A stretch of DNA of 64,000 bases, taken from Eledone cirrhosa (lineage: Eukaryota). Where the stretch lies: positions 90,210,001 to 90,274,000 of the forward strand of contig OZ024741.1 in the NCBI GenBank assembly GCA_964016885.1, written 5' to 3'. The notes beneath the pieces were generated by a model that was not told the DNA's origin, ran no database searches, and was given only the letters and a program-made list of their open reading frames with translations. Positions 1 through 12,469 of the stretch are shown piece after piece; position 1 is the stretch's first letter; each line of letters begins with the position of its first letter. Position numbers and translations under genes: made by a program.

Positions 1-814
<814 letters not shown>

Positions 815-978
815 ATTGTTATACTTTGGGAGGGTCATGTTGCCAATAAGAAACACACGCACCAGTTGCTTTCACTTCAATTTATTATATATTTATAATT
901 TTATAAATTTACAAATCTACAAACCTATAAATTTCTGGTTGGTTGGTTGGTTCCACAACCAGATAGTTGTTTATATAT

Positions 979-1023
979 AGTCATAGTCCTTTCGTCACAC
1001 ACTCTGTGACCTCTTCAGTGACT
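979..1023 (-). ncRNA. Minimal type I hammerhead ribozyme (PLE-A inverted pLTR)
   Basis: Reverse complement of the motif at 4714-4758. Confidence 0.8.
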
Positions 1024-1226
1024 GGGGATTCCTTTCTTTGTTTCTGTGCCTTTCCTTTCTTCTATCCTACGCCATTTTGTTTCTGTGTGTGTGTGTTGTG
1101 TGCTCAGTTTGCACATGCGCCACATCCGGGTGTCTGTGTGTGTTTGTGTTCATTTATCTATTTGTTTATTTATTTATTTATTTATTGGTTGTTTGTTCTA
1201 TGTGTGTGTGTGTTTTCATTTTGTCC

Positions 1227-1649
1227 TTAATTGTAAGTTGTGATGTTGCTGTTCCACTCATATTTTCTATTTAATTTTGGTTGTAATTCTTTTATGCTTA
1301 CTGCCTCTGTAATTTGCCTAAACATTGCGTCTTTTCTGTGTGTGGATTCTATTTTTATTTCTATGTTCTCCAATCTACCCCTGTGTTCCATCTCAGCATG
1401 TTGGTAGAGCACAGATGACTCCCCACTATCCCGAAGGTCCCGCCAGTGCTCACCCACCCGTTCCCCTACACTACGAGCCGTCTCACCCATGCACACCACA
1501 TTTCTGCTTCTACATTGTCCCTCAGTACATCCCATGCCATACACTACACCTCCAGTTTCACAGTCAATATGGGGGCTTATTTTACAGGTTATACATTTCC
1601 CATCTATACATGAGGGTCTTTGGAACGGGTATGTCTTGCTAATAAGTGC
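1227..1649 (-). pseudogene. Inverted duplicate of the PLE-A GIY-YIG endonuclease C-terminus
   Basis: The translation ALISKTYPFQRPSC...LNRKYEW is nearly identical to the C-terminus of ORF 3301-4512. Confidence 0.9.
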
Positions 1650-4512
1650 AATAGCAACATACCCAGAAACAACAACAACAGACACGCAGACACAAACAAC
1701 AATAACAACACACACAACAACGATAACACACACGGAGACAACAACAACACACGTCAACAACAACACACATCAACAACAACAACACACACGCATTCAATGC
1801 CTCTCACCACCACCACAATCTTAACAAACACACAGACACAGAAAACAAGTAATGACAGTAGCACAGAAATCAGAGAAATAAGGGAAAGTAATAAGATTAA
1901 AAGGAAAAGGAGATGGGAGACTAAGGACAAAGAGAATAACCAAGACGAACACACAGACACACAAAATAGGGTAGATAACAACATTGAGCCAGTGGAAAGA
2001 GACAGGAGTAATTATGAGAGACATAGAAACAACCATGAGGCTGTTGGTGGAAATAGAAATAGAAACAACACAACTAACAATAACAATAGCACTAGTACAC
2101 ATAACGCAGCAGCCTGGAACTCTCCGTTTTATAATCCCTCCGATAAATCATTCGACCTGCGACGAGTCCACGCCACGACTTTACCATTTAACAAACGCAC
2201 GCAGTTGCCGTCGCAGGTCGATGAACAAACAGAAGCACAATTTAGTATAGCTAAATCCGAACTTAGAAATATTATAGAACAGTATAGCAAGAAGCATAAT
2301 AGAATAGAGGCCCAGCAACTGGGAGAAAAATCTTCAAATGGCTTGCGTAAGCTCATGCAGCGCTCGCGTAATGGAGAGATAGCATGCTTTCCAACAGACA
2401 AGTCTGGCAGAATGTCGGTTGACAGCCTGCCAAACTACATCCAGGCAATGCAACCCCACATCACTAACACAAGAGAGGTAACACCACAGGAGCATGAGGA
2501 TAGAGAAAAAGCCCTCAATGCCCATATGGTGATGTGGACGAATATAATGCAGCCCAAAAAAGGACTGCCAACAACTTCCAGGCCTGGAACAATGACGTGC
2601 CGGCGTTGTATGGGCTTCGAAAAGACCATAAAACGGGCTGTGACCCTGTCGCGGGACCACCAACACGGCCAGTCTGTGGGGCTAACATTGCTAGTAACTA
2701 CAGACTGTCCTACTTCCTCTCCCTGATCATACGCCCCATCATTGAGATGTCCCCAGATGTATGTGACAGCACGGAGGACCTCCTCAGCAGAATCGGCGCG
2801 AGTAACCGATCTGGGGACCTAACAAACTGCATAATAGGCAGTATGGATGTTGTGTCCCTGTATCCATCTATTGACGTGGATTTTGCTGTGGAGAAATGCG
2901 TAGAAATGATCAGCGAGGGCAAGGTTGAGTTCCGTGGGATTGATACCAGTGAGCTGGGACTTCTGCTTAAGCTTGCCCATAGTAATGGTTGCCTAGACAC
3001 TTATGACCTTAGCAACCTGTGCCCTACAAGACCAGCAAGAGGCAGACCACCTAACATTGCCTCAATGGCCAAGAAAACCCGCACGGATAGATGGAGCGGG
3101 TGGACCAGAGCCATACGGACACCCGAGGACCACGATGAACTGAGGAAAATGATTGCACATGCGGTAGGGGCCAGCATAAAATTAAAATAAAAAATTAACC
3201 CTTAGGGAACATATATTTCAATTTTAATGGTAAAACATATGCCCAAGAGGAAGGAGCAGCCATTGGTGTTAGCATTGCAGGCGACATAGCTAACGTATTC
3301 ATGGTATGGTGGGACAGTGGACTTAAACAAAAACTTAAAGAACAATTAGAGGACAGCTTGGCCCTGATAATGTACTCCCGCTACGTAGATGATATAAACA
3401 TCGTAGTTAAGACACCCCCACTGGAGAACAGTCGGGAGCTGGAGAGGGGCACAGTGGAAGGCATCCAGCAAATAGCAAACTCCATCCACCAGAGCATTAG
3501 AGTTACTATAGACTACCCAAGTAGACACCCCAACCATCGATTACCTGTACTAGACACAGAGCTCTGGTTAGATACCATTAACAACCAAAAACAAATCCTC
3601 CATTCCCATTGTGCCAGACCCATGGCTTCCAGGCATCTGATCCACCGAAACTCGGCCATTTCGGACCATACCAAAATCAACATACTGATTGCGGATTTGG
3701 TACGGGTGATGAGAAATGTGTCCCGCATGTGCAACCCCGAAGAACTAGAGAGGCACATACAACACTTCATCCACCGTATGCAGTTCTCTGGCTACAATCA
3801 GAGAGATAGAATCAGAGTGTATAGAGGAGCCGGAGCCAAATGGGAAAAAATGGTAAATAATGACATGGGTGGGACCTGCCCCTTGTGTGGGAGCAAATTT
3901 TGGAATAGAGTGGAAGGAACTAGGAGCAAGGCCAATGGAATAAACTCATGGTATGATGGCAATAAATACCAGAGTGTAGTGTTCATCAATACAACCCCTA
4001 GAGGCGAACTAGCCTACAAATTTAGAAGGGCCCTAAATAAACATAGACTCAATATTAAGATGGTAGAAAGACCAGGTGCCTCCGTAGGGGCACTTATTAG
4101 CAATACATACCCGTTCCAAAGACCCTCATGTATAGATGGGAAATGTATAACCTGTAAAATAAGCCCCCATATTGACTGTGAAACTGGAGGTGTAGTGTAT
4201 GGCATGGGATGTACTGAGGGACAATGTAGAAGCAGAAATGTGGTGTGCATGGGTGAGACGGCTCGTAGTGTAGGGGAACGGGTGGGTGAGCACTGGCGGG
4301 ACCTTCGGGATAGTGGGGAGTCATCTGTGCTCTACCAACATGCTGAGATGGAACACAGGGGTAGATTGGAGAACATAGAAATAAAAATAGAATCCACACA
4401 CAGTAAAGATGCAATGTTTAGGCAAATTACAGAGGCAGTAAGCATAAAAAAATTACAACCAAAATTAAATAGAAAATATGAGTGGAACAGCAACATCACA
4501 ACTTACAATTAA
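1650..4512 (+). pseudogene. PLE-A RT/GIY-YIG ORF, disrupted
   Basis: Motifs PTDKSGR, PALYGLRKDHK, RPVCG, SMDVVSLYPSI, GAAIG, RYVDD, GETAR and LNRK.EW are present. There is a frameshift in an A-run near 2560 and a slippage duplication with a stop at about 3180-3197. YIG reads CMG. Confidence 0.9.
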
Positions 4513-4713
4513 GGACAAAATGAAAACACACACACACATAGAACAAACAACCAATAAATAAATAAATAAATAAACAAATAGATAAATGAACACAAACACA
4601 CACAGACACCCGGATGTGGCGCATGCGCAAACTGAGCACACAACACACACACAGAAACAAAATGGCGTAGGATAGAAGAAAGGAAAGGCACAGAAACAAA
4701 GAAAGGAATCCCC

Positions 4714-4758
4714 AGTCACTGAAGAGGTCACAGAGTGTGTGACGAAAGGACTATGACT
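4714..4758 (+). ncRNA. Minimal type I hammerhead ribozyme (PLE-A pLTR)
   Basis: AGTCA-CTGAAGA-G-GTCACA(GAGTG)TGTGAC-GAAA-GGAC-TA-TGACT: both core boxes, helix I and helix II are present. Confidence 0.8.
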
Positions 4759-5574
4759 ATATATAAACAACTATCTGGTTGTGGAACCAACCAACCAACC
4801 AGAAATTTATAGGTTTGTAGATTTGTAAATTTATAAAATTATAAATATATAATAAATTGAAGTGAAAGCAACTGGTGCGTGTGTTTCTTATTGGCAACAT
4901 GACCCTCCCAAAGTATAACAATATCGGTTTCAACACACGATTTCAGACAAAGAATCTTGCTAAACAAATTCAGCAACGAAATATATATATACGCATATAT
5001 ATATATATATGTTTATACGTGAATGTGCCGTGCGGGTGTAAAATATGTCATCAACTGCAAATCGCTTAATTCCTTTGAAATGTACTCCAAGGCAAGTATG
5101 AAATCCCCAGTCTTTCTCCTTCTCTGATCTCTCTCTCTCTCTCGCTCTCACACACACATATTCTTACATCCATACATATATAAACAAACATCACTTAAAA
5201 AGAATACGCTGTTAGATTCTCGTCTGAAATTGAACTCTTGCATTTCCTGCCGACATTTCAATTTCCTGCGAAATTGTAGGCCTTTACGTATGCAGTATAT
5301 TTATTTATATTGATTTGTGTTGGTATACCAGTGTTTATGTTTAAAATGCCAGATTGGCAGGAGGATATGTCGACGCCCGCAAGATTTATCTTCATCATAC
5401 CATTGAGAAACGTGTTCGATATGTATTCAAATAGACGAGGCATCATGGACAAGTGTTCTTTATCATAGTGACGGAGTGATCCAAGACTTGTTAAGAATCT
5501 GTATGGAAGTCTGTCAGATACATTGTACCTTTAATTCAGATATCCAGAATGGTAATCTTTAACGGAGCACCACA

Positions 5575-5845
<271 letters not shown>

Positions 5846-6066
5846 TATTGTTATATTTGGGGAGGGTCATATTTGCGTAATATTGCCAGAATTAATAACA
5901 GAACACACTCACTGTTTGGTTGGTTTTCGCTTCTCGCTGTCTTTTATATATATATATATCTGCGATCTAACTTACTCGGTCCTCAATGTTGCCATTGACT
6001 GACCGGCGGTCAAAAATAATACAGATACAATATAGACACAAACACATATATATAGTTTACATAATT

Positions 6067-6110
6067 TACATAAATCTTTCGTTGCACATCTGCAACATCG
6101 TCAGTGGTGT
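6067..6110 (-). ncRNA. Hammerhead motif (PLE-B left pLTR)
   Basis: Reverse complement of 10318-10362. Confidence 0.65.
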
Positions 6111-6379
6111 TATATTCATTGTTCCTCCTGTTGTGTTGTATGTCTACGCCATTTTTTTTTTTTTTTGTTCAGTCTGTCTATATATTTATTTATTTATTTG
6201 CTTGTTTGTTTATCTTATTTTATTTTGTCTTCTTTGCGCATGCGTTTGCGTGTGTGTATAGTGTTATGTGTGATGTGTGACTAGTGTGTATAGTGTTGTG
6301 TCTGCTGGGTGACTAGTGTGTGTTTATGTGCTTGTGTATGTATTTATTTATCTTATTTTATTTAATTTTATTTACTTAT

Positions 6380-8554
6380 TTATACTTCTCTTAGGTCAGT
6401 GTTGTTTGTTTGGGTGTTGTTGTTGTTCCACTCATTCTTTCTGTTTAGCTTTGGTCTTCTAATTTCTATTTCACTGGCCTCTCTGATTTGCCTATCTGCT
6501 GGGTCATTCCTATGTTTAGATATTATTCTAATTTCTATGTTGTCTATGTTACCGTCGTGTTGTTGTCTAGCATGTTCGTATAGTACTGACCCGTTTTTTC
6601 GTCCTTTTAGTTCCCCCCAGTGTTGGTCTATCCTTTCCCCTATGCTACGAGCTGTCTCACCTATGTATGTTGTTGTCATGTTTCTGCAAGTACCCTCTGT
6701 ACATCTTATGCTATAGACTACGTTTCTGGTTTTACAGTTTATCCGGGGGTTCACCTTACATATGATACATTTCCTATTAGTACAGTGGGTTTTCTTAAAA
6801 GGGTAGGTTTTGCTGATCAGGGATTTTATGGTGGTTCCTGGCTTTTCTACCACCTTAATTTTTAAGTGGGTCTTTCTCAGGGCCTTTCTACACTGGTTAG
6901 CTAATTTCCCTCCAGGGGTGGCATCCACAAACATGACACTCTGATATCTCTGGTTGTCGTACCATGATGTGGCCTTCCCTATCTTATGTCTAGCCCTATC
7001 TAAGCTATTCCATGATTTGCTCCTGTATAGTGGGCAAATTCCTTTCATGTCCAGTTCTATGAGGGTCTTATACTTTTCCATGGCTCCTTCGTATACTCTG
7101 ACTCTGTCTCTTTGGTTGTAGCCAGAGAACTGCATGCGGTTGATGAAGTGTTGGATGTGTCCTTCCATTTCTGTTGGGTCGCACATGCTGGACACATTCT
7201 TCATCACTCGTACCAAATCTGCGATCAGAATATTAAACTTAGCACTACTGGACATTGCTGAGTTTTTGAGTATCAGGTATTTGGAGGCCATGGGTTTAGC
7301 ATAGTGTGAGTGGAGAATTTGGGCTCTCTCGTCTATAGTGTTAATCCAGAGTTCTGTGTCTAATACAGGTAGTCTATTGTTAGGGTGTTTGGAAGGGAAG
7401 TCTATAGTTACAGTTATACTCTGGTGTATGGAATTAGCTATCTGCTGGATGCTTTCCATCGTGCTACGTTCTAAATCAAACTTGTTAGTGCTCTCTAGTG
7501 GGGGTGTTCTTATAACTATATTGATATCGTCTACATAACGAGAGTACATGATGAGGTCTATGGAGTTTTCATTAAGGAGATCTTTAAGTCTCCTTTCCCA
7601 CCATACCATGAAAAGGTTGGCAACATCACCAGCTATGCTGACGCCGATGGCTGCTCCCTCATTTTGGGTGTAGATTTTCTCATTGAACTTAAATATGTGG
7701 CCCTTTAGGGTAGTTTTGATACTAGCCTCTATTGCATGTGCGACCATTTTTCTTACCTGATCAGTGTTTTGGGGGGTCCGTATAGCTTTGGTCCACCCAA
7801 TCCACCTTCCTATGGGAGTCTTTTTAGCCATTGAGGTTATGGTGGGGGGTCTACCTCTTATAGGTCTACTAGGGCAGAAACATCTAAGGTCATGGCTGTC
7901 TAGGTAGTCAGTGTCGTAGGTAAGTCTAAGTAGGAGGCCCAGTTCGTCTGTGTCGACGTCGCAGAACTCCACCTCACTCTCAATGATCATCTCCACACAT
8001 CTTTTCACAGCAAAATCAATGTTAATGGATGGGTACAGTGACACCACATCCATGCTGCCTATTATGCAGTTGGATAGGCTCCTGTTTTTGTTGCACTCAC
8101 TGATTCTGCTGAGGAGGTCCTCTGTACTTTCACATACATCTGGGGACATCTTGATTATGGGGCGTATAACCATTGAGAGGAAGTAGGAGATCCTGTAGTT
8201 GCTAGCTATATTAGCTCCGCATACGGGTCTTGTTGGTGGTCCTGTTGTCGGGTCGTCGACTGTCTTGTGGTCTTTGCGGAGCCCATACAAGGGTGGTATG
8301 CCATTGTTAGACGCCTGGAAGTTGTTGGCAGTGCGTCTGCTTGGCTTTAGGATGTCAGTCCACATCATCATGTGAGCGTTGAGGATTTTTTCTCTCCCAT
8401 CGTGTGTTAGTTGTGCAACTTCGCTCGTGTTGGTGATGTGGGGTTGCATTGCCTCGATGTAGTTCGGCATGCTATCTATTGACATCCTACCAGACTTATC
8501 TGTGGGTAGACACACTACCTCACCATCCCTTGTGCGCTGCCTGAGGCTAACCAA
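6380..8554 (-). CDS. PLE-B reverse transcriptase plus GIY-YIG endonuclease (5'-truncated, uninterrupted 724 aa)
   Basis: PTDKSGR, PPLYGLRKDHK, SMDVVSLYPSI, RYVDD, HYAKPMAS, Cys-rich linker, VVYSIRC...YIGETAR, LNRKNEW. Confidence 0.93.
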   Translation of the reverse strand: MVSLRQRTRDGEVVCLPTDKSGRMSIDSMPNYIEAMQPHITNTSEVAQLTHDGREKILNAHMMMWTDILKPSRRTANNFQASNNGIPPLYGLRKDHKTVDDPTTGPPTRPVCGANIASNYRISYFLSMVIRPIIKMSPDVCESTEDLLSRISECNKNRSLSNCIIGSMDVVSLYPSINIDFAVKRCVEMIIESEVEFCDVDTDELGLLLRLTYDTDYLDSHDLRCFCPSRPIRGRPPTITSMAKKTPIGRWIGWTKAIRTPQNTDQVRKMVAHAIEASIKTTLKGHIFKFNEKIYTQNEGAAIGVSIAGDVANLFMVWWERRLKDLLNENSIDLIMYSRYVDDINIVIRTPPLESTNKFDLERSTMESIQQIANSIHQSITVTIDFPSKHPNNRLPVLDTELWINTIDERAQILHSHYAKPMASKYLILKNSAMSSSAKFNILIADLVRVMKNVSSMCDPTEMEGHIQHFINRMQFSGYNQRDRVRVYEGAMEKYKTLIELDMKGICPLYRSKSWNSLDRARHKIGKATSWYDNQRYQSVMFVDATPGGKLANQCRKALRKTHLKIKVVEKPGTTIKSLISKTYPFKKTHCTNRKCIICKVNPRINCKTRNVVYSIRCTEGTCRNMTTTYIGETARSIGERIDQHWGELKGRKNGSVLYEHARQQHDGNIDNIEIRIISKHRNDPADRQIREASEIEIRRPKLNRKNEWNNNNTQTNNTDLREV

Positions 8555-8598
8555 GCCCTAGTAGACCTATAAGAGGTAGACCCCCCACCATAACCTCA

Positions 8599-10050
8599 AT
8601 GGCTAAAAAGACTCCCATAGGAAGGTGGATTGGGTGGACCAAAGCTATACGGACCCCCCAAAACACTGATCAGGTAAGAAAAATGGTCGCACATGCAATA
8701 GGGGCTAGTATCAAAACTACCCTAAAGGGCCACATATTTAAGTTCAATGAGAAAATCTACACCCAAAATGAGGGAGCAGCCATCGGCGTCAGCATAGCTG
8801 GTGATGTTGCCAACCTTTTCATGGTATGGTGGGAAAGGAGACTTAAAGATCTCCTTAATGAAAACTCCATAGACCTCATCATGTACTCTCGTTATGTAGA
8901 CGATATCAATATAGTTATAAGAACACCCCCACTAGAGAGCAATAACAAGTTTGATTTAGAACGTAGCACGATGGAAAGCATCCAGCAGATAGCTAATTCC
9001 ATACACCAGAGTATAACTGTAACTATAGACTTCCCTTCCAAACACCCTAACAATAGACTACCTGTATTAGACACAGAACTCTGGATTAACACTATAGACG
9101 AGAGAGCCCAAATTCTCCACTCACACTATGCTAAACCCATGGCCTCCAAATACCTGATACTCAAAAACTCAGCAATGTCCAGTAGTGCTAAGTTTAATAT
9201 TCTGATCGCAGATTTGGTACGAGTGATGAAGAATGTGTCCAGCATGTGCGACCCAACAGAAATGGAAGGACACATCCAACACTTCATCAACCGCATGCAG
9301 TTCTCTGGCTACAACCAAAGAGACAGAGTCAGAGTATACGAAGGAGCCATGGAAAAGTATAAGACCCTCATAGAACTGGACATGAAAGGAATTTGCCCAC
9401 TATACAGGAGCAAATCATGGAATAGCTTAGATAGGGCTAGACATAAGATAGGGAAGGCCACATCATGGTACGACAACCAGAGATATCAGAGTGTCATGTT
9501 TGTGGATGCCACCCCTGGAGGGAAATTAGCTAACCAGTGTAGAAAGGCCCTGAGAAAGACCCACTTAAAAATTAAGGTGGTAGAAAAGCCAGGAACCACC
9601 ATAAAATCCCTGATCAGCAAAACCTACCCTTTTAAGAAAACCCACTGTACTAATAGGAAATGTATCATATGTAAGGTGAACCCCCGGATAAACTGTAAAA
9701 CCAGAAACGTAGTCTATAGCATAAGATGTACAGAGGGTACTTGCAGAAACATGACAACAACATACATAGGTGAGACAGCTCGTAGCATAGGTGAAAGGAT
9801 AGACCAACACTGGGGGGAACTAAAAGGACGAAAAAACGGGTCAGTACTATACGAACATGCTAGACAACAACACGACGGTAACATAGACAACATAGAAATT
9901 AGAATAATATCTAAACATAGGAATGACCCAGCAGATAGGCAAATCAGAGAGGCCAGTGAAATAGAAATTAGAAGACCAAAGCTAAACAGAAAGAATGAGT
10001 GGAACAACAACAACACCCAAACAAACAACACTGACCTAAGAGAAGTATAA
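8599..10050 (+). CDS. PLE-B RT C-terminal half plus GIY-YIG endonuclease (5'-truncated)
   Basis: 483 aa, differing from the minus-strand copy at only two visible residues. Confidence 0.9.
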   Translation: MAKKTPIGRWIGWTKAIRTPQNTDQVRKMVAHAIGASIKTTLKGHIFKFNEKIYTQNEGAAIGVSIAGDVANLFMVWWERRLKDLLNENSIDLIMYSRYVDDINIVIRTPPLESNNKFDLERSTMESIQQIANSIHQSITVTIDFPSKHPNNRLPVLDTELWINTIDERAQILHSHYAKPMASKYLILKNSAMSSSAKFNILIADLVRVMKNVSSMCDPTEMEGHIQHFINRMQFSGYNQRDRVRVYEGAMEKYKTLIELDMKGICPLYRSKSWNSLDRARHKIGKATSWYDNQRYQSVMFVDATPGGKLANQCRKALRKTHLKIKVVEKPGTTIKSLISKTYPFKKTHCTNRKCIICKVNPRINCKTRNVVYSIRCTEGTCRNMTTTYIGETARSIGERIDQHWGELKGRKNGSVLYEHARQQHDGNIDNIEIRIISKHRNDPADRQIREASEIEIRRPKLNRKNEWNNNNTQTNNTDLREV

Positions 10051-10317
10051 ATAAGTAAATAAAATAAAATAAAATAAGATAAATAAATACATACACAAGC
10101 ACATAAACACACACTAGTCACCCAGCAGACACAACACTATGCACACTAGTCACACATCACACATAACACTATACACACACGCAAACGCATGCGCAAAGAA
10201 GACAAAATAAAATAAGATAAACAAACAAGCAAATAAATAAATAAATATATAGACAGACTGAACAAAAAAAAAAAAAATGGCGTAGACATACAACACAACA
10301 GCAGGAACAATGAATAT

Positions 10318-10362
10318 AACACCACTGACGATGTTGCAGATGTGCAACGAAAGATTTATGTA
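10318..10362 (+). ncRNA. Hammerhead motif (PLE-B right pLTR)
   Basis: CTGACGA-T-GTTGCA(GATG)TGCAAC-GAAA-GATT-TA. Helix I is weak. Confidence 0.65.
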
Positions 10363-11144
10363 AATTATGTAAACTATATATATGTGTTTGTGTCTATATT
10401 GTATCTGTATTATTTTTGACCGCCGGTCAGTCAATGGCAACATTGAGGACCGAGTAAGTTAGATCGCAGATATATATATATAAAAGACAACGAGAAGCGA
10501 AAACCAACCAAACAGTGAGTGTGTTCTGTTATTAATTCTGGCAATATTACGCAAATATGACCCTCCCCAAATATAACAATATCTGTTTCGACACACGATT
10601 TCATATAAAAAACCTCGCAAAACTAATTCATCGCCGCTATATATATCTATATATATATATATATCTATATATATCTATATATATCTATATATCTATATAT
10701 ATATCTATATATATCTATATATATATACATATATATATAAATATAAATTAGCGAGAATCGTATTTCGGCTATTGGAAATTAGCGAAAAACAACTTCCGAG
10801 ATGTGTGACAAGCGCTCCATAGAAGCTAGTGAACTAGAGCTACAACATAAGTTAAAAGGCCAAACACACTGAGACGATGGTTAAACCATTATCCGCACAG
10901 CCACAGAAACGACCAAGTAATTTGGGTCAAACAAATAAAATATGATAGAAAATTATACCCGGACCTCTGGAAGGTTGGTACCACTGCTAGTATATGAATA
11001 TAAGATATAAATATATATAAGATATAAATATATATATATATTTATTTATTTATATATATATTTATTTATATATTTATATATTTTATATATTATATATATA
11101 TTTATATATTTACATCTTATATATTTATATCTTATATTCATATA

Positions 11145-11728
11145 CTAGCAGTGGTACCCGGCGTTGCAAGAGATAAGGTATTGTGAAATATATAACCGCC
11201 TTAGCTAAGCTTAGTATTGCCACAACCACGGCTGGCAAAGAAGTAAGGATCTGGTGGTACGTAAGTAAGTAACACTGTGGCTTAAAACGTGAGTAAGAAG
11301 TTGTGTGCATTAACCAACTGTTTGGGGAATAAGTGTGAGATTTGTCTTGAACAAGGGTGGCAAAATAACTGGAGGCAGCAGACAGCCAGACATACAGACA
11401 GATATTATAAGGGCGCGTTCTGGACGCAGAGCGAATTGTAGGAAGTGACGTAATGCAGACAGCCAAACATACAGACAGATATTATAAGGGCGCGACGTTA
11501 TATGTATGTATCTATCTAAAAAGAGAAAGACTAAGAATTATAGAGAGAGATCGCTAAATCGCCTAATACGGTCCCTAGGGCATTGAAAATTTGAATTTTC
11601 TTTTGCTCAGAACACTCCCTGACATATAAGTATTACATGTGTAAAGTTTGAAAACACTCTCTTGGGTGTTTCTCTAGTTTTAGGGGTTCAAACTCACACA
11701 CAGACATCCTCAGTTTTATATATATGGA
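11145..11728 (-). mobile_element. Non-autonomous Helitron
   Basis: On the minus strand it starts TCCATATATATAAAA and ends GCAACGCCGGGTACCACTGCTAG, inserted between A and T. Confidence 0.75.
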
Positions 11729-11947
11729 TTATATATATATATATATTTATATATTGTATATATATATATATATATATATATAAATTTATATATTATATAT
11801 ATGTATTTATATATTGTATATATATATATATATATATATATAAATTTATATATTATATATATGTATTTATATATTGTATATATAAATATATATATATATA
11901 TATTTACAATATTAAATAAATGGAAACTATATTTATAAAACCATATT

Positions 11948-12013
11948 TATTTCATTATATATATTTCGGGGATATCATATTAACAATATGCTATGCCTTC
12001 CTCAGACAAAATA
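11948..12013 (-). ncRNA. Type I hammerhead ribozyme
   Basis: TATTTTGT-CTGAGGA-long helix II-GAAA-TATATA-TA-ATGAAATA. Same family as 45109, 51892 and 52094. Confidence 0.7.
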
Positions 12014-12437
12014 CAATATAAACAGTTTTATAGATAAATAGATTCGACATACCGTTATAACACCGACTTCCATTTGAAGAGGTTTACGCTGGCAGTGAAA
12101 AAATTTTACACAGAGAGAAAGAAAGAGAGAAAAAAGAAAGAAAGACAGAAAACGAAGAAAAGGAAGAAAAAGAAGAAATGCATGGAACAAAATAGAGAGA
12201 TGGAAAGATATATAAAGCGAAGAACTTCATGTAAAGAAACAGAAAGAGATATATATATATAGAGAGGAAATAGAGATAGATACATATATATATAGAAAAT
12301 TAGGTAGTGGGAGGTCATTTTGAGTAAATGTATCAATGATACATTTATTTATTTATTTATTTATTTAGCTCAAGTATTAATGTAAGGGAGATATATATAG
12401 AGAGAAAAAATATATAGAGAGGAAAAAATAGCGAGAG

Positions 12438-12469
<32 letters not shown>

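Larger units (their letters stand above)
815..4980 (+). mobile_element. Penelope-like retroelement (PLE-A) with 5' inverted pseudo-LTR
   Basis: 815-1649 is the reverse complement of about 4090-4922. The body encodes RT plus GIY-YIG. There is a ~57 nt 3' extension (4923-4980) and (TA)n on both sides. Confidence 0.93.
5846..10638. mobile_element. Penelope-like retroelement (PLE-B) as an inverted dimer
   Basis: Minus copy 5846-8558 and plus copy 8555-10638. Arms 5846-7875 and 8555-10581 are near-identical. Only the right copy has the 3' extension. (TA)-rich flanks. Confidence 0.95.

Noticed and set aside
967-1274. Short hydrophobic or Cys-rich ORFs here and many (YI)n, (HT)n and (CV)n ORFs across the window
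   Set aside because: Translations of microsatellites and of the antisense strands of PLE UTRs.
2534-3301. Programmed frameshift or selenocysteine recoding in PLE-A
   Set aside because: The breaks are in an A-run and a local duplication with TAA, and the related PLE-B is uninterrupted there.
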